Below are positions 13,198 to 26,171 of a stretch of 64,000 bases of DNA, piece after piece. Position 1 is the first letter of the stretch. Every line of letters begins with the position of its first letter. The DNA is from Octopus sinensis (lineage: Eukaryota): assembly GCF_006345805.1 (NCBI RefSeq), contig NC_043005.1:91078001-91142000 (forward strand). The letters are read 5' to 3'. The position numbers were made by a program, and so were the translations under genes. The notes under the pieces are model-generated. The model made no database searches, was not told the origin of the DNA, and saw nothing but the letters and a program-made list of their open reading frames with translations.

Positions 13198-15530
13198 ATA
13201 TGTATGTATGTGTATAGTATGTATATATGTGTATATGTATATATGTATGTATATATATATATATATATGTGTATATATGTATATATATATGTATGCATGT
13301 ATGTATGTATATATATATATATATATATGTTTATATATATATGTTTGTATATATATCTGTATATATATGTTTATATATATATGTTAGTATATATATTTAT
13401 ATATATATGTTTGTATATATATATGTTTGTATATGTATTTGTATGTATATGTTTGTATATATAAGTTTGTATATATATTTGTATATACATGTTTGTATAT
13501 GTATTTTCGTATGTATATTTGTATATATATGTTTGTATATATATGAGTGTATATATATTTTTGTATATATATGTTTGTATATATGTTTGTATATATATGT
13601 TTGTATATATATATATATGTTTGTATATGTTTGTATATATATTTGTATATATATGTTTGTATTTATATTTGTATATATGTTTGTATATATATTTATATAT
13701 ATATATGTTTGTATGTGTATTTGTATATATATGTTTGTGTATATATTTGTATATATATGTTTGTATATATATTTGTATACATATGTTTGTATATATATAT
13801 TTGTATATATATGTTTGTATGTATATTTGCATATATATGCTTGTATATATATGTTTTTATATATAACTGCATATATGTGTTTGTATGTATATATTTGTAT
13901 ATATATTTGTATATATATGTTTGTATATGTATTTGTATGTATATGTTTGTATATATATTTGTATATATGTATTTGTATATATGTTTGTATATATAGTTGT
14001 ATATATATGTTTGTATATATATGTTTGTATATGTTTGTGTATATATTTGTATATATGTGTTTGTATATATATTTGTATATATATATGTTTGTATATATAC
14101 TTGTATATGTATTTGCATATATATGTTTGTATATATATTTGTATATATATGTTTGTATATGTATGTTTGTATATATATTAGTATATATGTATGTTTGTAT
14201 ATATATTTGTATATATATATGTTTGTATACATATGTTTGTAAATATATGTTTGTATATGTATGTTTGTATATATATATATATATATGTTTGTATATATAT
14301 GTTTGTATATATATTTGTGTATATATTTGTATATATATGTTTGTATATATATTTGCATATATATGTTTGTATATATATTTGTATATATGTGTTTGTATAT
14401 ATGTTTGTATATATATTTGTATATCTATGTTTGTATGTATGTTTGTATATATATTTGTATATATATGTTTGTATATATATTTGTATGTATTTGTTTGTAT
14501 ATATATGTTTGTATATATATTTGTATGTATATGTTTGTATATATATGTTTGTATATGTATGTTTGTAGGAGTAGCTGTGTGGTAAGTAGCTTGCTAACCA
14601 GCCACATGGTTCCGGGTTCAGTCCCACTGCGTGGCATCTTGGGCAAGTGTCTTCTGCTATAGCCCCGGGCCGACCAATGCCTTGTGAGTGGATTTGGTAG
14701 ATGGAAACTGAAAGAAGCCTGTCGTATATATGTATATATGTATATGTATGCGTGTGTATGTGTTTGTCTCCCTAGCATTACTTGACAACCGATGCTGTTG
14801 TGTTTACGTCCCCGTCACTTAGCGGTTCGGCAAAAGAGACCGATAGAATAAGTACTGAGCTTACAAAGAATAAGTCCCGGGGTCGATTTGCTCGACTAAA
14901 AGGTGGTGCTCCAGCATGGCCGCAGTCAAATGACTGAAACAAGTAAAAGAGTAAAGAGAGAGTATATATATGTTTGTATATATATTTGTTTATGTATTTG
15001 TATATATATGTTTGTATATATATTTGTATATGTATTTGTATATATATGTTTGTATATATATTTCTATATATATATTTTTATATGTATGTTTGTATATATA
15101 TTTGTATATATGTATGTTTGTATTTATATTTGTATATCTATATGTTTGTATACATATGTTTGTATATATATGTTTGTATATGTATGTTTGTATATATATA
15201 TATATATGTTTGTATATATATTTGTGTATATATTTGTATATACATATATGTTTGTATATATATTGCATATATATGTTTGTATATATATTTGTATATCTAT
15301 GTTTGTATGTATGTTTGTATATATATTTGTATGTATATGTTCGTATATATATATATGTTTGTATATATATTTGTATATGTATGTTTGTATATATATGTTT
15401 GTATATATATGCTTGTATATATATTTATATATATATATGTTTGTATATATATATTCGTATATGTATTTCTATATATATGTTTGTATATGTATTTTGTATA
15501 TACATGTTTGTATATATGTTTGTAAATATA
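13128..15530. repeat. ~2.4-kb TA-derived minisatellite (10-14-bp units such as ATATATGTTTGT / ATATATATTTGT), interrupted by a SINE at 14565-14961
   Basis: Direct reading; source of the many spurious YIYV-rich ORFs. Confidence 0.97.
14565..14961 (+). mobile_element. Full-length tRNA-derived SINE (family starting GxAGGAGTxGCTGTGTGGTAAG, ending ...AATGACTGAAACAAGTAAAAGA)
   Basis: A/B-box-like head; near-identical copy at 36468-36850; fragments at ~12400-12600 (-), ~22430-22900 (+), ~54420-54920 (-), ~60640-60830 (-) and ~62100-62220 (-). Confidence 0.9.
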
Positions 15531-16032
15531 TTTGCCGTTTTGCACAGCAAAGACCCTGTCACTTAAATATGAAACTGGGCGGAAACCAACTGCCAAAAGG
15601 AAACGGAAAGGAATACGCACCACCTGCCCCAAAATGGAGGTACGCAGATGTAGTGCGTGTTACAAACCATCAACATGTTATTGAAAGGGCAGCTGCTGAA
15701 CAAGAATTTTTTTTGTGCATGGCACAAAAGATTGTACAGCAGCTAACCTGGCTCCATCAAACTCAAGCTCACAGATGGGACTATCCACAATACACAAAGA
15801 ACAAGGAAACACAGTAAAGAACAAGGGAACACATTTAATAATTTGCAAGTATATCTCTTTAATGAACAAAGCAAGGTGTTGGTAGTAATTTTCACGTCCC
15901 ATGCAGTCTAAAATAAAGCTTACAAGAATTATCGAACTTACCTAGCTTAGTTGTGGTTTTATTGTCATGGAAAACAGGAAAAATAAATCTTTCACGAATG
16001 TACATGCGCAAACACTCTCTAGCAAACGCACG

Positions 16033-16096
<64 letters not shown>

Positions 16097-16185
16097 TGAA
16101 CACACACACACACACACACGCACACACACACACACACACGCACACACACACACAACACACAAACGCACGCACACACACACAAACG

Positions 16186-16241
<56 letters not shown>

Positions 16242-17831
16242 CACGCACACACACATCGTTCATTTTAAGGAAAAAAAAAGATAATTTTGTTTTTATAAAC
16301 AAGGATAATTTCTTTTCTGAACATGAAGCTTTAGATGTAGATAGAAAAAAGTGGTGGAAGAAGAATTGGGATACTTTGGTGATATTCATGTCTTTCACAA
16401 GACCATGACTTGGGAAACGGTTCCAACAATGATTCGAAACTGGTTCAGTTATTCCATCAATTCGCCACATAATCGTTGCTAGGCGGGTCACATGCATAAC
16501 AATAAGGATTTCTAACTTAGGCACAATGCTCACGAATAGTTGAGACAGGAAGTGGAATAGAGACGATCGCATCAAGCTTCCATTTTTCTTCTCTTTCAGG
16601 GCGGTGGAATTTGCACTCTCAGAACGTTAACCTTGTAACTGATTACCTACGCTCTAACGCTTCTGCAAGAACATTACATAATCACAACTATAGTGACCTT
16701 TCAATTAAGCAATTAGCTCACACTGTATTAAAGATAATTAGCGGGGATAAAAACTGACAAACTGGTATTTTTTATATTATATTTCGTCACGCTATAATGG
16801 TGCCAGAAATACAAAATTAACAAACTAAAGATAAATGTATATAACAGTTCTTGTTGACAATATTAGTTACTTTTTAATTAACAGTAAAATGAGCTCATTT
16901 TCAATTAAGTGCAATTAGAAATTTTTTTTTATATATTACAGTGAGCAATGCAAATGTTTCATTGTCCAAACAAGCACATTTTCGAATAAGGACAAGGGAC
17001 ACGCGCCAAAAGAGCCATTGCACCTTACGAGGCTCATTCTATTGTACGAGCATCTCTAGCTCGATTACACTTAATAGGAGGATAGTTCTGAGCAGTGGCG
17101 TAGCTAGTGTGTGGGTCGCTCGGAGCTGCACTTGCATTTGCGACCCAATCCACGTGGACACCGAGCTTGTGCAGACTTAAACAGTAGACCCAAAAGTTCC
17201 GCCCATAAAATCGTCGCTTGAGGTGAGCTACCCCCTCGCCCTGCCACCACCAACACCACCACCACCATCTACTCGACTGGTTCAGGGGGCGCAGAAGGTT
17301 GGAGGTTTCCATGTTAGAGGTTTCGAAAGAAAACTATCAGAGAGCGGCCGGTAATTAGATATCTTGTGATACTTCGAGCGTTGAAGTCTCGATCTGAAGC
17401 CAATTTCACTGACTTTCACTGATTGAACAGCAGTTCACATCCCGTATGAGGGTCTTGCCACCCTTGGAACGAGAAAATTGTTAAGCCGTCTACCGGTTAA
17501 CTACTCGCTAAGTTTAACCCTTCTAGCTCCAGTTGCGGTGGAAAACCAGCTGCGTCAAAACCATGTTTGACTTTAAAGGTAGCTTGGCGTGGGAAGCGGC
17601 AAAACTGGTGTCGTCCGCAGACCCAAACTCGCAAACCTAAGTGAAACACCAAACCAAAGACAGTTGGTCTCCAGCTAAAGAAGTAATTTAGGCCGCCAAT
17701 GGCAAGAATTTTTAGAACTAATTTTATTTAAGTTAATTCAGTACTTCACTTATGTAACCTATTTGTTGTATTGGAACACATGAACGCACGCACGCACGCA
17801 CACGCACACACACACACACAACACACACACA

Positions 17832-17895
<64 letters not shown>

Positions 17896-18839
17896 TTACG
17901 AGATCTGGAAGAAGATACAGCACTTATAGCCATTGCATGTTTTGCTAGACCAGTGAGATTAATGCCATTAAAGTTCCTCTTGAATGTTTGGTAGTCAATA
18001 CTTACGAGAAAATCATAAGTAGGGAGGGTATAGCAGTAGGCCGATGTTTTGGAAGGAAGGACTGGCGGGTTGGGCACAACGAGGCTGAAAAGAGGGGGAT
18101 AGGCGAGGAAGGATTCAATGAACTTTTATTACACGAATTTACCGGTCGTTACGACACTTCCTAGCTACTGACCAATACTCGAGCATCAATTATATTTGTA
18201 AAAAAATCTACGAGTTCTCCGAATCTCAACAGGAGTTAGACAACGTTTTTCCTAGACGGACTGGTTAGTCAGCAGTTTTAGCTAACACAAACAAAATTCG
18301 TGTTAGAAAGTTTTAGAAAATAAAAATGTTTAATACTCCATAAAATTAGAGACACACAAGATAGGAATGTCGTGGAAGGCGTTTATTTAAATGAAGGCTA
18401 ATATACTTGCACTGGCCACGCACACCACCGCCACTTTCCAAAAGAAAAAAGTATTTAATCAATTAAAATTACACCCGTGATGAGGAAGAAAAAAAATTAT
18501 TACTGGTACGATATCGATTTTCAGGAACCAAAGGCTTCAAGGCCTTTTCAGATTGCTGATTTTTCCGATCCAGGGAATCTAAATACTAAATTTACCTCAA
18601 TAATTAAATGGAATTCTAATATCTGTACATTAGTATAAATGATACAAGTTTATTAATGCTGTACTGGCGATCGAGAGAAATTGAAATTCCTGCTCGTAAA
18701 TAAGTGCGGATTATAAGAGGTTTTGGACCATCAGTTTCAGGAAAGTCGATGTTGTATCTGCAGTTTTAATACTAAATTCTGGTAAAAAAACAAACAGAAA
18801 GGAGACAAGTCCGAATTATATATATATATATATATATAT

Positions 18840-19030
18840 ATAGGGAGAGTTCAAGAAAAAACAAAAGACGAAGACAGGTGGTGTAGAAAACAAACAGAAG
18901 TATTAGTATAACGCTCAGGAATTGAAAAAGTCTTTTACGTCTCGAGCCTACGCTCTTCTACAGAAAGGGACACAGAAAAAAACAAGGAGAGAAAAAATGT
19001 GTGTAGTAGCTACCGATCTATCATCGCGAC
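18840..19030 (-). mobile_element. Probable Penelope-like element terminal repeat fragment with a hammerhead-like motif
   Basis: Minus-strand CTGTAGAAGAGCGTAGGCTCGAGACGTA resembles the CTGAnGA...GAAACGT motif of PLE termini; embedded in (TA)n. Confidence 0.55.
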
Positions 19031-19032
19031 TG

Positions 19033-19067
<35 letters not shown>

Positions 19068-19072
19068 ACATA

Positions 19073-19108
<36 letters not shown>

Positions 19109-19346
19109 TATACACACACACATAACATTGAATAGGGGGACATTGTTTCGTGAGTTATAGTCATGTTTTCAACACAACATACATATATGCATACGTGTGT
19201 ATATGTGTGTGCATATATATGTCTGTATATATGTGCATACATGTATGCATGTCTATATATACATAAATATAATGCATACATACATGCATACATATACATA
19301 CATATATATATACATACATACATACATACATACATACATACATACA

Positions 19347-19382
<36 letters not shown>

Positions 19383-19436
19383 TATACATACATACACATA
19401 TACATACATACATACATACATACATACATACATACA

Positions 19437-19470
<34 letters not shown>
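19030..19470. repeat. (TA)n/(TATG)n/(ACAT)n compound microsatellite, representative of many in the window
   Basis: Direct reading; others at ~8368-8480, 11040-11160, 16025-16255, 17785-17895, 30215-30450, 39790-39920, 41895-41975, 53180-53410, 53710-53990, 54600-54820, 59195-59340 and 62640-62860. Confidence 0.95.
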
Positions 19471-19869
19471 GTTGGTCTCCACCCTTTTCATCTTCTTTTT
19501 CTTGATTTCTAATATAATTCCTTTACTTGCCGCAAAAGTGTTGGCTGAAGAGAATAATTATTTCTTATGTAGTCTGAAGGCCATATATTTCAGTGGAGAG
19601 TTAAGTTTGATTAAATTGAGGCCAACCAACAGCAGCTATTACTTTATTTATCAAGCAATAAAGAAAACAAGACATTATTAAACCTGGTGATTTTTTTTAA
19701 AATTCAGAACAACAAGAAAAGCAATAAGTAAATACCGTAATTCATTTTGATTCTGTCAAACACCGACTTTAATCAACTCAACTAACATGAAAACAAAATC
19801 AAGAGTCATTGGCAAGAAGTGGGATGGGGTTCAGCAAGTAAAAAGGTGAAATTAATAATGGTTTCAAAT

Positions 19870-20605
19870 TTTGACACAAGGCCAGTAATTTCGGGGGAGG
19901 GGCTAAGTTGATTAGATCGACACCAGAGCCTAACTGGTACTTAATTTATTGACCCCGAAAGGATGAAAAGCACAGTCGACCCCGATGACATTTGAACCCA
20001 AAACGTAAAGGTGGACGAAATATCTATTTCTTTACTACCCACAAGGGGCTAAACACAGAGGAGACAAACAAGGACAGACAAACGGATTAAGTCGATTATA
20101 TTGACCCCAGTGCGTAACTGGTACTTATTTAATAGACCCCGAAAGGATGAAAGGCAAAGTCGACCTCGGCGGAATTTGAACTCACAACGTAGCGGCAGAC
20201 AAAATACCTATTTCTTTACTACCCACAAGGGGATAAACACAGAGAGGACAGACAAACGGATTAAGTTGATTAGATCGACCCCAGTGCGTAACTGGTACTT
20301 AATTTATCGACCTCGAAAGGATGAAAGGCAAAGTCGACCTCGGCGGAATTTGAACTCACAACGTAGCGGCAGACGAAATACCTATTTCTTTACTACCCAC
20401 AAGGGCTAAACACAGAGGAGACAAACAAGGACAGACAAACGGATTAAGTCGATTATAACGACCCCAGTGCATAATTGGTACTTATTTAATCGACCCCAAA
20501 AGGATGAAAAGCAAAGTCGACCTCGGCGGAATTTGAACTCAGAGCGTAACGACAGACGAAATACGGCTAAGCATTTCGCTCGGCGCGCTAACGTGCCTGC
20601 CAGCT
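19870..20605 (-). mobile_element. tRNA-derived SINE with internal ~174-184-bp tandem multimer (four cores)
   Basis: Core starts recur near 19919, 20103, 20277 and 20460; single head near 20570-20605. Confidence 0.9.
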
Positions 20606-21747
20606 CAAGAAACTCGAAACCTTTCATGTGCTATCAGCGCAATATCCGCAACATAAAATGGCAAGATAAGATATCAAACGTAAAAAGTTTAGAAAAATGT
20701 GATATCTTCAGACACCCAGGCCACATTCCTTGTGCCCCCACCCCCAACTAACCATCAAAACACAGACTTCTTTCAAAAGCAAATTCAAAATAACTGTATT
20801 TCACAAATAAAACAACCTAATGAACCCATTATTTTGTTGTTTTTACATGAATCACCCCTTTCGGCTACCCCATTAATGCCCTACTTTTCTTCAACGCCCC
20901 CCTTGGAACTTTCCACCGCCCTTGGGGTGGGGGGGCAATACCACCCACTTTGAGAACCACTGACCTACAACTTAATCTAACATCATAGGAAAGTTATTAC
21001 CAAAATCGATTTGAGTGATGTGTCTTGATTCAGCCAAACATTTTGAGTTGAAACAAAACAATAAAAGAATTACATCCTGCAGCCAACGGACACGTTTTTT
21101 TAACCCCACACAAAGTCAAAATCGTCATTATTCCCATTGTGACTTCACAGCAAAATCCATTCCTGGACTCAAATTACATTCACGCATCCGTTGTAAATAG
21201 ATAAAGCTTCTCTTAGTTTTTGATCTTTTCTTTATCCTTCAAACACTCATTCATCGAAATCGACTGAAGCGACCATCATCTTTATCATTAAGGCAGCGAC
21301 CTGGCAGCATCGTTAGCACGCCGAGCAAAATGCTTAGCGGCATTTCGTCCGTCTTTACGTTTTGAGTTCAAATTCCGCCGAGGTTGATTTTGCGTTTTAT
21401 CCGTTCGGTGTCGATAAAATAAATACCAGTTAAGCACTGAGGTTGATGTAAATGACTTAGCCTCTCCTCCGAACTTGCTGGCCTTCTGCCTAAATTTGAA
21501 ACCATTATTATTAATATAATCTCCCTCTATAAAATTTCAAGTCTCGTGTTCCTGTTTTACTGTTTATTGGTTTCTATGTTTCTGACATCTGATTGTGGAA
21601 AGAGAAAGTTATGCCAAGTCAATTACGTCACACACACAAACAAACACACATGCACACACACACACACACACTCTCTCTCTCTCTCTCTTTATCTCTAATG
21701 ATAATAATAATAAGAACAACAACAGCTGCTGCTGTTGTTGTTGCTGT

Positions 21748-22102
21748 TGAGCGAAGCGGTCTTCGTCCCAGAGCTCGCAAGATCGCGCCTCTTTAGTGGG
21801 AGAAGTCCGAAACGTGGTCCTTTGCTATTCGTAAGACCCGCAGAAGAGAAAGCAGGTCATCCCCCGACACCGAGAGCATCGAAGGATGGATGAATGCGCA
21901 TCCAGGCTCAGCGGTTGCGTAGGAAGTCGGGGATAAGAAACAGGAAGAAAAAGTAAGAGAAAGTTGGAGCGAAAGAGTACAACAGGGGTCGCCACCACCC
22001 CCTGCCGGAGCCTCGTGGAGCTTTATGTGTTTTCGCTCAATAAACACACACAACGCTCGGTCTGAGAATCGAAACCGCGATCCTCCGATCGCGAGTCCGC
22101 TG
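21748..22102 (-). mobile_element. tRNA-derived SINE, shared head/core with tail type B, ending in (CAA/CAG)n
   Basis: Highly similar along its length to 63381-63762. Confidence 0.9.
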
Positions 22103-24187
22103 CTGCTGCTATGTTACCAGTAACCAAAATAGACAGTGTTAAAATAGACAAAATAGACAATCAGAACAAGGTTTCAATATCCTGGTTTTGTTCTTTAAAA
22201 GTATTAAACCATTCGCTGTCTTCGTGTCTTGGAATAGACTTCGATTTTTCTCAATCTACCGAATGACAGCCACGCTTTGAATAATATTAGAATACAATAC
22301 TTATTCTAAAATATGCATTTCTTTAGCCGTGGCTATTTAAGAGATCTTAGACCATGCTAGATTTTAAAAACAGAATCTTTTGAGTAACATTGTCAAGAAG
22401 TTCGCTTTGCAACTATATGGTAGTTCGCTTTGCAACTATGTGGTACCGGGTTCAGTCCCACATCGCGGCACTTTAGGTAAGTCTTTTACTAAAGGCCCGA
22501 AATGCCTTGTGAGTGAATTTTGTAGACGGAAACTGTGTGCTGGCTTTGGATAAGAAAAAATACGGGATTAGTTAATTATGATTTTATTCAACATATTCCC
22601 CTCTCAGATTCACACACTTATTACAGCGGTCCTTCAATTTTCTAAGCCCAGTAAAAGAACTCGGAAGTTTGGGCCTCCAACCAGGCATTTGTGATACTCT
22701 TAAATCCAGGAACTTTTCAGCAATCTCTCGTGTGTGTGTGAGCGCGCGTGCGCTTCTTTGTGTTTCTGTTTGCCCTCACCTCCCCGCTTTACAACCGGTG
22801 TTTAAGACCCCCGTAACTTAGCAGTTTGGCAAAAGAGATTGATAGAATAAGTACCAAACTTTAAAAAAGAAAATAAATACTAGGGGTTCGATGTGTTCAC
22901 TAAACTCGAGGTCAGTTCTGATTGAGCAGACTTACAATCAAAGACATTCCAGTCGTAACACACCCGTCTTTTTCTCAGGTACTTCCCACCCACGGTCACA
23001 TAATTCAATGCGTCCATTTTTTCCCCCTAGGACAATAGGACATTATTTGAGAAAGATTTTATGCCATTTCTTGAAATTCGATCGGCCATGTAGAGGCACC
23101 GTCGTCGGATTGACTGTCAATATTTTTTTCCAGTTGGAGAATGTTTTGAAAGGCATGAAGCAACCAGGGAGGGTCCACATGATAGCTCAACCTGCTAGAA
23201 ATAGCAGCCGAGTCCCCCACAAACCACACACTAATGTCTTAGAGAGTCAACGTTGAATAAAGTGGTTGTGGATTCCCTGCACACATGAAAGGAAATGACG
23301 GGATGGTCACTGTAGAACGGATTTGATCATAGGTCTGTTCAATCACGATCGATCCGAGGTGGAACAATAACAACTACAACAGTAACAACAACATCAACAA
23401 CTACTACTACTACTACTACACTTATGTCAACGACATTTGCATCGCAACTACCACTACTACCATCACCAACAGAAGATCAACCACCTCACAACTACAGCAA
23501 TATCTACTAATACTCTCATTTGAACAATAATCAACATGACAACTACTATCACCACCACCACCACCGCCGCCGCCGCCGCTGCCACAACTACTACTACTAC
23601 TATTACTGTCACCATAATTATTAATTTGTTTAGTGTTTTCTAATTATATGCATCACACTTCTTGACTGGTACTTTATTTTATTGACCCAACGAGATTTGA
23701 ACGCAAAACCTTTCTATTTAACTACTTACAGGTTATGCTTGCTGCCACTCTGATATCTCAACATATTAATTATTTATTTTCCTTCTTCTCCTTTTCCATC
23801 CCTTCTGAAATTTCGCATTGAGCTTCGCTACTTTCCGTGTTTTCCCTTAAGTTATTTTCCCTGAATTATAATTAGCTGGATCTCCATTAATTAAAGTTAA
23901 TTGTCCGTTAGCTCTGAAATAATTAATCGGAATACTTTCAAGATGAATTCAGTAAACGAATAAGTTACGCTGGAATTTATAAATCATATCATTCCTTAAT
24001 GTACTAAATAATATGACACATTAAATGGGTTTTTTCTCGGAAACTGTCAGAATATATTTTAAAGGGTCAAATAGTATATTCGACACCCGCTATCTGCTGG
24101 TATACAACCATATTGTGCCAGTACCAGCCATTCTACAGTACCAGCGTGTATATGAATGTCTTTGTAGATGTACATATTGTGTTTTAA

Positions 24188-24570
24188 AGCGGCGAACTGG
24201 CAGAGTCGTTAGCACGCCGGGCGAAAGTGGTATTTCGTCTGCCGCTACGTTCTGAGTTCAAATTCCGCCGAGGTCGACTTTGCCTTTCATCCTTTCGGGG
24301 TCGATAAATTAAGTACCAGTTACGCACTGGCGTCGATGTAATCGACTTAATCCGTTTGTCTGTCCTTGTTTGTCCTCCCTGTGTTTAGCCCCTTGTGGGT
24401 AGTAAAGAAATAGATATTTCGTCTGCCGCTACGTTGTGAGTTCAAATTCCGCCGAGGTCGCCTTTGCCATTCATCCTTTCGGGATCGATAAATTAAGTAC
24501 CAGTTGCGTACTGGGGTTGATCTAATCGACTGGCCCCCTCCCCCAAAATTTCGGGCATTGTGCCTAGAGT
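24188..24570 (+). mobile_element. Same SINE family, two-core form
   Basis: Head GGCGGCGAACTGGCAGAGTCGTTAGCACGCCGGGCG, then core, tail X, core, tail Y. Confidence 0.9.
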
Positions 24571-24589
24571 AGAAATGTATATATTGTGT

Positions 24590-25070
24590 TTTAAGTAGGT
24601 TGCGATGATGATGATGATGACGCTGATGAGGTGGAGGAGGAGTTGTGGTCGAGGAGACGTAGTGAAGGATGAGGAGGTGTAGTGAAGGAGGAAGCGATGG
24701 AGTAGGAGGTGTGTTGAGGAGGAGGTGATGGAGGGAGAGTGGAGTAAGAGGAAGGTGTAAAAAGAGGAGTTAAGAGGAAGAGGAGATATGATGGAGGAGA
24801 GGGAAGTGTAGTGGTGTAGGTGAAGGAAGAAGTGTAATAAAGGTGTGGTAATGTAGGTGTAGTGGTAGAGTCTGTTGGAGGAGGAGGAGGAAGTTGTGTA
24901 TGAGGGGTGTGGTGGCAGAGAAGGAGGGGAGTGTTGTAGAGGAGGGAGCTAACTGAAAGAGGGGAAGGTGTGGAGGAGAGGAGGAGGTGGTGTAGTTGTA
25001 GAGGTGTTAGAAAGGTGTAGGGATGAGGTGTGGATATATGGGGAGGGAGGCAGGAGGAGGAGGTGGAAGG
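24590..25070. repeat. Purine-rich GAG/GTA/GTG low-complexity tract
   Basis: Direct reading; similar tracts at ~37695-37960 and (GAA)n at ~39005-39100. Confidence 0.9.
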
Positions 25071-25956
25071 ATAAAAATATGTGACAATAATGAACGGAGA
25101 GATGTGGACACATTGTTTGAAGATCCATAACATCAAAATGGAATGAATTTAAGTTTGCTCAAAGACAAGAATCTTCAAAGCCAATTTAAGATAACAGCAA
25201 AAATAAACCGAGAAGACGATCTACTAGTTTACCATTTAACAGTTAACACTAAACACGAAGTTTCGACTTATCACGATGATTAACTTACAATTGCTATTTC
25301 GTTTATTCCTATTGTTATAGAATAGCGATCGCTATACAAATAATCCATACAAGATCGTGGATTTGAAGATTTTAGGGGAACATTTTAGAGGAAGCCATGA
25401 TGTGGCAGCCTAAGTATAGCGAAACAAAGAGGATTCAACCAAGGACTGAAATGCAAGAGCTTTTCTCTTGAAGTATAATGCTCTCCAAGATAATCTGTAC
25501 AATATTAGCGGGACCTTTGTACATAATGCAAAAGACATGTAATCAGCCTAATGTAAATTACTTAACCACATCGTATAATCTGATGTGCAATAACGCTGTC
25601 AATAATATTTTCTAGAGCCATATCAGATACTGACGTCGCGTTAGCAAGCAAATATCATTGTGTTCCATCCAACGCAAGCCAGACAACTCATCGAAACTTG
25701 AAGTGCCAAACAAATTACGAAGACGACAGGATAATTACAACCAGGCTACTAGAAAAATGTCCACAGTCGGTAAAAGAGCAGCCGAATTCCTAATTGATTT
25801 TTAAAAGGCAGAATTTGAACTCATAACGCAAACAAACAGAAGATATCCTGCAAGGCATTTTTCGATACTCTAAAGATACTGCCAACCAACCATTATAGTA
25901 GTGGTAGGGGTGGTGGTAGTGGTGGTGATGATAGTGGCGGCGGCGGCGGCGGCGAG

Positions 25957-25991
<35 letters not shown>

Positions 25992-26140
25992 TGTTCCTTG
26001 TATTAGAGAAAGATATATAAAAAAATAAGGTACATTTTTATAAAACATGCATATCTATATTGAAGATTAACAAATATTTTGATAGAGTGCGCAAACAATT
26101 ATTTACAGACACTTTTATAGCTGAAATACTACTACTTCTT

Positions 26141-26171
<31 letters not shown>

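Noticed and set aside
13227-15817. Long ORFs (up to 452 aa) rich in Y/I/V/C/M or H/T/Y, here and at every microsatellite
   Set aside because: Translations of TA/TG/TATG/TATC repeats that lack stops by composition; no coding signal.
15530-15900. Broken frame with RRCSAC (possible transposase zinc knuckle)
   Set aside because: Too short and degenerate to assign.
16290-16575. Minus ORF MRSSLFHFLSQLF... and plus frame KKVVEEELGYFGDIHVF...
   Set aside because: No recognisable homology, no convincing splice pair, and the minus ORF runs into a (TG)n tract.
17080-17700. Relatively GC-rich patch with a CCAAT and a CAGTGGCGTAGC transposon-like start
   Set aside because: No matching opposite terminus and no downstream exon identified; cannot call a promoter or an element.
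19915-20590. Regularly spaced direct repeats resembling a CRISPR or satellite array
   Set aside because: Units are ~180-bp SINE segments with no unique spacers, in eukaryotic context with no cas genes.
20947-20963. hAT-like terminus (CAGTGGTTCTCAAAGT on the minus strand)
   Set aside because: Only one end visible, no TSD; insufficient to delimit an element.
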